Shown here piece by piece: positions 52,095-55,079 of a stretch of 55,079 nt of DNA. The first letter of the stretch is position 1, and every line of letters begins with the position of its first letter. The stretch covers positions 1 to 55,079 of the forward strand of contig JAANOX010000072.1 of the NCBI GenBank assembly GCA_020184695.1. Reading direction: 5' to 3'. The stretch is from Histomonas meleagridis 2922-C6/04-290x (Eukaryota; Protista; Parabasalia). Position numbers and translations under genes: made by a program. The notes beneath the pieces were generated by a model. The model made no database searches. It was not told the origin of the DNA and saw only the letters and a program-made list of their open reading frames with translations.

Positions 52095-52955
52095 TTATAT
52101 ATCAGGAACATAACCTGAAAACTCAGCATTTTTTTCTTTTTCCCTTCTTACATAGATAATAACACCAATAACAATAACAGGCGCAAATACTAAACATCCA
52201 ATTACGATTCCAGCAATCGCTCCACCACCCAAAGACGATTTCTGTTCTTCAGCTGGATCGGATGTGCCCAATGTATGAGATGTATCTTCTGATTGTCCAG
52301 GTGAAGAAGAAGAAGAATAAGAAGAAATAGATGATAAAGAAGTAGATGTCGAAGTTGAAGATGAAGGCATATTAAACATAGAAGAAAACGAAGGAATCTC
52401 TGGTGAATAACTCATATCCATTGGGATTGCATTTTGTGATGCACTTACCAATTCTCCAATCGCCTGTTTTATTAAGTCTAAATCCATAACCATTCTTCCT
52501 TGTGTATACTTTATATCCTTTATTTATCTTCTCTACACCAAAAACAGGATATACTCTTTTCGAAGAACGATACACTTTGACCATTGAAATTATCCATCGG
52601 AATTTCGGTTTCCATTTCAAAATAGCTATCGTTATAGTCAGGGTTTTCAAATTTGTTAATTTTTCCATTCCAAAACTTCTTTTGTGTTTGAATATGTAAT
52701 CTTTTTATTTGTAATATTTAAATAAGTACCACCAATCATTGTATAATTATTTGAAATTACTGCAACAGAAGCATCCGTTGCATAACCAAATTCATTAATT
52801 ATATTATTATCAAAACAACTTAATACATAATCATTACCATTAATCGTATTAATTTCCAGTGCAACATTACCTTCGTCAATTTTTTTGTTTTTAACATTTT
52901 TGGATTACACATTCACCTTCTTTGCATCCTTCATAAACAAAAACAACAAAAAATT
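52095..52955 (-). pseudogene. Frameshifted 3' fragment(s) of a type I surface protein
   Basis: Ser-rich stalk, TM segment LGGGAIAGIVIGCLVFAPVIVIGVIIYV and a basic tail; upstream coding-like segments lie in shifting frames. Confidence 0.6.
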
Positions 52956-53062
52956 CGAATTCAAATGATGGAAAAAGAAAAAATTAATTCACCATACTTT
53001 GTCAAAACAATTTCATATTTTGAAAATTCCACAACAAGCAATGATTCAAATAGAACTTTTTG
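52656..53062 (+). repeat. Direct repeat, copy 1 (about 405 bp; copy 2 at 54675-55079, running off the window)
   Basis: ttaatttttccattccaaaac...gaactttt(t)g; near-identical copies offset by 2019 bp. Confidence 0.95.
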
Positions 53063-53263
53063 AAAAAGGAGACATTTCAGATATTATTTTTTGAGGAACC
53101 TGATATTTGGTATTTAATACATGATATTGGGATGGCATTACAGATTCTCCATTCACATGAATTGATGCATTTAGATGTATCTCCTGGTAACATATTAATG
53201 ACAAATGATGGTCATTTCAAATTAGCAGATTTTGGTACACTTACTAAAATAAATCATTTCACG
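52956..53263 (+). pseudogene. Copy of an internal 306-bp piece (46581-46886) of the Wee1/Myt1-like kinase gene, frameshifted
   Basis: Matches cgaattcaaatgatgg...aaatcatttcacg; the 3' two-thirds looks identical to the source. Confidence 0.95.
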
Positions 53264-53268
53264 ACACA

Positions 53269-53479
53269 AGCAGGAAATTCTTGTGTATTTTTCGAAGTTG
53301 ATGAATTAAATAATAATGTGATTATAAATTTTTCGATAATATTTTTTGGCTCAATGGTAGTGGTTAACCGTCCAAAATGATCGGCTTGTGTTCGGTGCCC
53401 CGAGGCGGAGGTTCGATTCACTGCATAGAATAAATTTTTTCATTTTTTGCGAAAAAGAAAAATTTAAAATGTTCAAAAT
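53269..53479 (+). repeat. Inverted repeat, left arm (211 bp)
   Basis: Exact reverse complement of 54462-54671 apart from one homopolymer base. Confidence 0.95.
53348..53440 (+). ncRNA. tRNA-derived / Pol III-like element (pseudo-tRNA or SINE-like), copy 1
   Basis: GC-rich island with A-box-like TGGCTCAATGG, B-box-like GGTTCGATTC (53410-53419) and T6 at 53435. No valid acceptor or T stem. Confidence 0.4.
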
Positions 53480-54461
53480 CCTATTAAATTTAATCAAAAA
53501 CTATGTTTTTCATACTTGATCAATTTAAATTTTGATATAACATGGAGTAACTTACATTAATATCCTATTTCTAAGATATCATTATATTATTAAAGAACCA
53601 TTAACAGGGAAATCTTTAAATATAATCGGATGTATATTCGATAATTGTTGTATCTTTTTTCAACTTATATATATTCAGAAATTCACATAATTATCATGTT
53701 ATACGTACTTGTGTCGTATTTATAACTATAAAAACTGTTGGTTGTTCTTTTCAACGCACAAATTTATAATTAGATATATAATATTTTGAAATTTCTATAT
53801 AAATTATTTGATATGTTTCTATGAAAATCATTTTTCTCATCGAATAAATTCAATCCAATATAGAAATTGTATATATATACGAGAAAAGAAAGCATTAACA
53901 GTTCATCCAATGTTTACTCAAGCATTGAATATATATATATATATATAATTTCTTCCTGCATTCGGGATTTTGTTTTTAATGTGCACATTAACATAAATGA
54001 ATGCGTGATTTTCAATTTGAACAAAACAAACTTTATTATAATATATTTATTGACTAAAATATCAATTATTATCAATAAAAAATTTAAATAAATATTTTTC
54101 TATTTCTATTATTATAATTAACAAAAATGAAAATTTTTGATAATTATAAAATGAATAGATCTATTCAAAGTTTTGATTAAAACCAATTTAGGTAAAAACA
54201 TATTCTCAATCACATAATAAATTACATTAATTATATCTACCTGGAAATCTCCCTTGAAGAATTAACACCAATATCCTCATTTATACCTTCACAACTTGTT
54301 ACTTGTAAATAAAAAAAATTTTTAAAAAAGAAATTAACACCAATAAATCAAAAAGCACAAATATCGAATTTGATGATTTAAAAATTATGCGAACTATTGT
54401 AGGATAAAATAATATAAATTTAACATAACGTTTCTTCTCATAAACGATTTTAATTATGATC

Positions 54462-54671
54462 ATTTTGAACATTTTAAATTTTTCTTTTTCGCAAAAAATG
54501 AAAAAATTTATTCTATGCAGTGAATCGAACCTCCGCCTCGGGGCACCGAACACAAGCCGATCATTTTGGACGGTTAACCACTACCATTGAGCCAAAAAAT
54601 ATTATCGAAAATTTATAATCACATTATTATTTAATTCATCAACTTCGAAAAATACACAAGAATTTCCTGCT
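54462..54671 (-). repeat. Inverted repeat, right arm (210 bp)
   Basis: Reverse complement of 53269-53479. Confidence 0.95.
54501..54593 (-). ncRNA. tRNA-derived / Pol III-like element, copy 2
   Basis: Identical to copy 1, on the opposite strand. Confidence 0.4.
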
Positions 54672-54972
54672 ACCTTAATTTTTCCATTCCAAAACTTCTT
54701 TTGTGTTTGAATATGTAATCTTTTATTTGTAATATTTAAATAAGTACCACCAATCATTGTATAATTATTTGAAATTACTGCAACAGAAGCATCCGTTGCA
54801 TAACCAAATTCATTAATTATATTATTATCAAAACAACTTAATACATAATCATTACCATTAATCGTATTAATTTCCAGTGCAACATTACCTTCGTCAATTT
54901 TTACGTTTTTAACATTTTGAATTACACATTCACCTTCTTTGCATCCTTCATAAACAAAAACAACAAAAAATT
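54602..54972 (-). pseudogene. 5'-truncated gene fragment with an intact frame of about 120 codons
   Basis: ...VYEGCKEGECVIQNVKNVKIDEGNVALEIN...FWNGKIKVAGNSCVFFEVDELNNNVIINFR*; reads through into the right inverted-repeat arm. Confidence 0.6.
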
Positions 54973-55079
54973 CGAATTCAAATGATGGAAAAAAAAGAAA
55001 AAATTAATTCACCATACTTTGTCAAAACAATTTCATATTTTGAAATTCCGACAAAAGCAATGATTCAAATGGAACTTTG
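54973..55079 (+). pseudogene. Second copy of the kinase fragment (truncated by the window edge)
   Basis: Matches the source from 46581, except for an expanded A run. Confidence 0.9.

Noticed and set aside
53348-53440. Functional tRNA gene
   Set aside because: The acceptor and T stems do not pair and no clear anticodon arm is present; kept only as a tRNA-like element.
53269-54671. Mutator-like or MITE transposon with 210-bp TIRs
   Set aside because: No target-site duplication and no transposase remnant; the right arm is continuous with an adjacent coding frame.

Overview
AT-rich eukaryotic genomic DNA, almost certainly from a parabasalid (Tritrichomonas/Histomonas-like; this is an inference). 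Supporting evidence: BspA/TpLRR surface proteins, a DUF3447-type ankyrin gene, trichomonad-type M3/M5/Inr core-promoter motifs, no recognisable canonical introns, and the standard code (TAA, TAG and TGA all end genes). Bases 1-47.2 kb form a compact block of about 23 intact genes: Hsp70/110-like, SIW14-like phosphatase, ELYS-like, enkurin, actin-related protein, four kinases, SP-RING, DENN, neurofibromin-like RasGAP, circularly permuted GTPase, Skp1-LRR, two BspA, Rab, RPS9, RPL15, COMMD, Sec7-PH and an old yellow enzyme. Several of these have lost catalytic residues. Bases 48-55 kb are a rearranged region of pseudogenes, copied gene fragments, and direct and inverted repeats. The strongest signal is in the ankyrin locus (49280-51266, minus strand). 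Seven consecutive ankyrin coding blocks are each followed, at the same position in the repeat, by a 77-80 nt U-rich intervening sequence. These lack GT-AG ends and the trichomonad branch-point motif, but share an internal ATAATATWTGGAA motif at a fixed distance from the 3' junction. They are candidate non-canonical introns or another excised/bypassed element. All domain calls are by eye from remembered family motifs; no searches were run.
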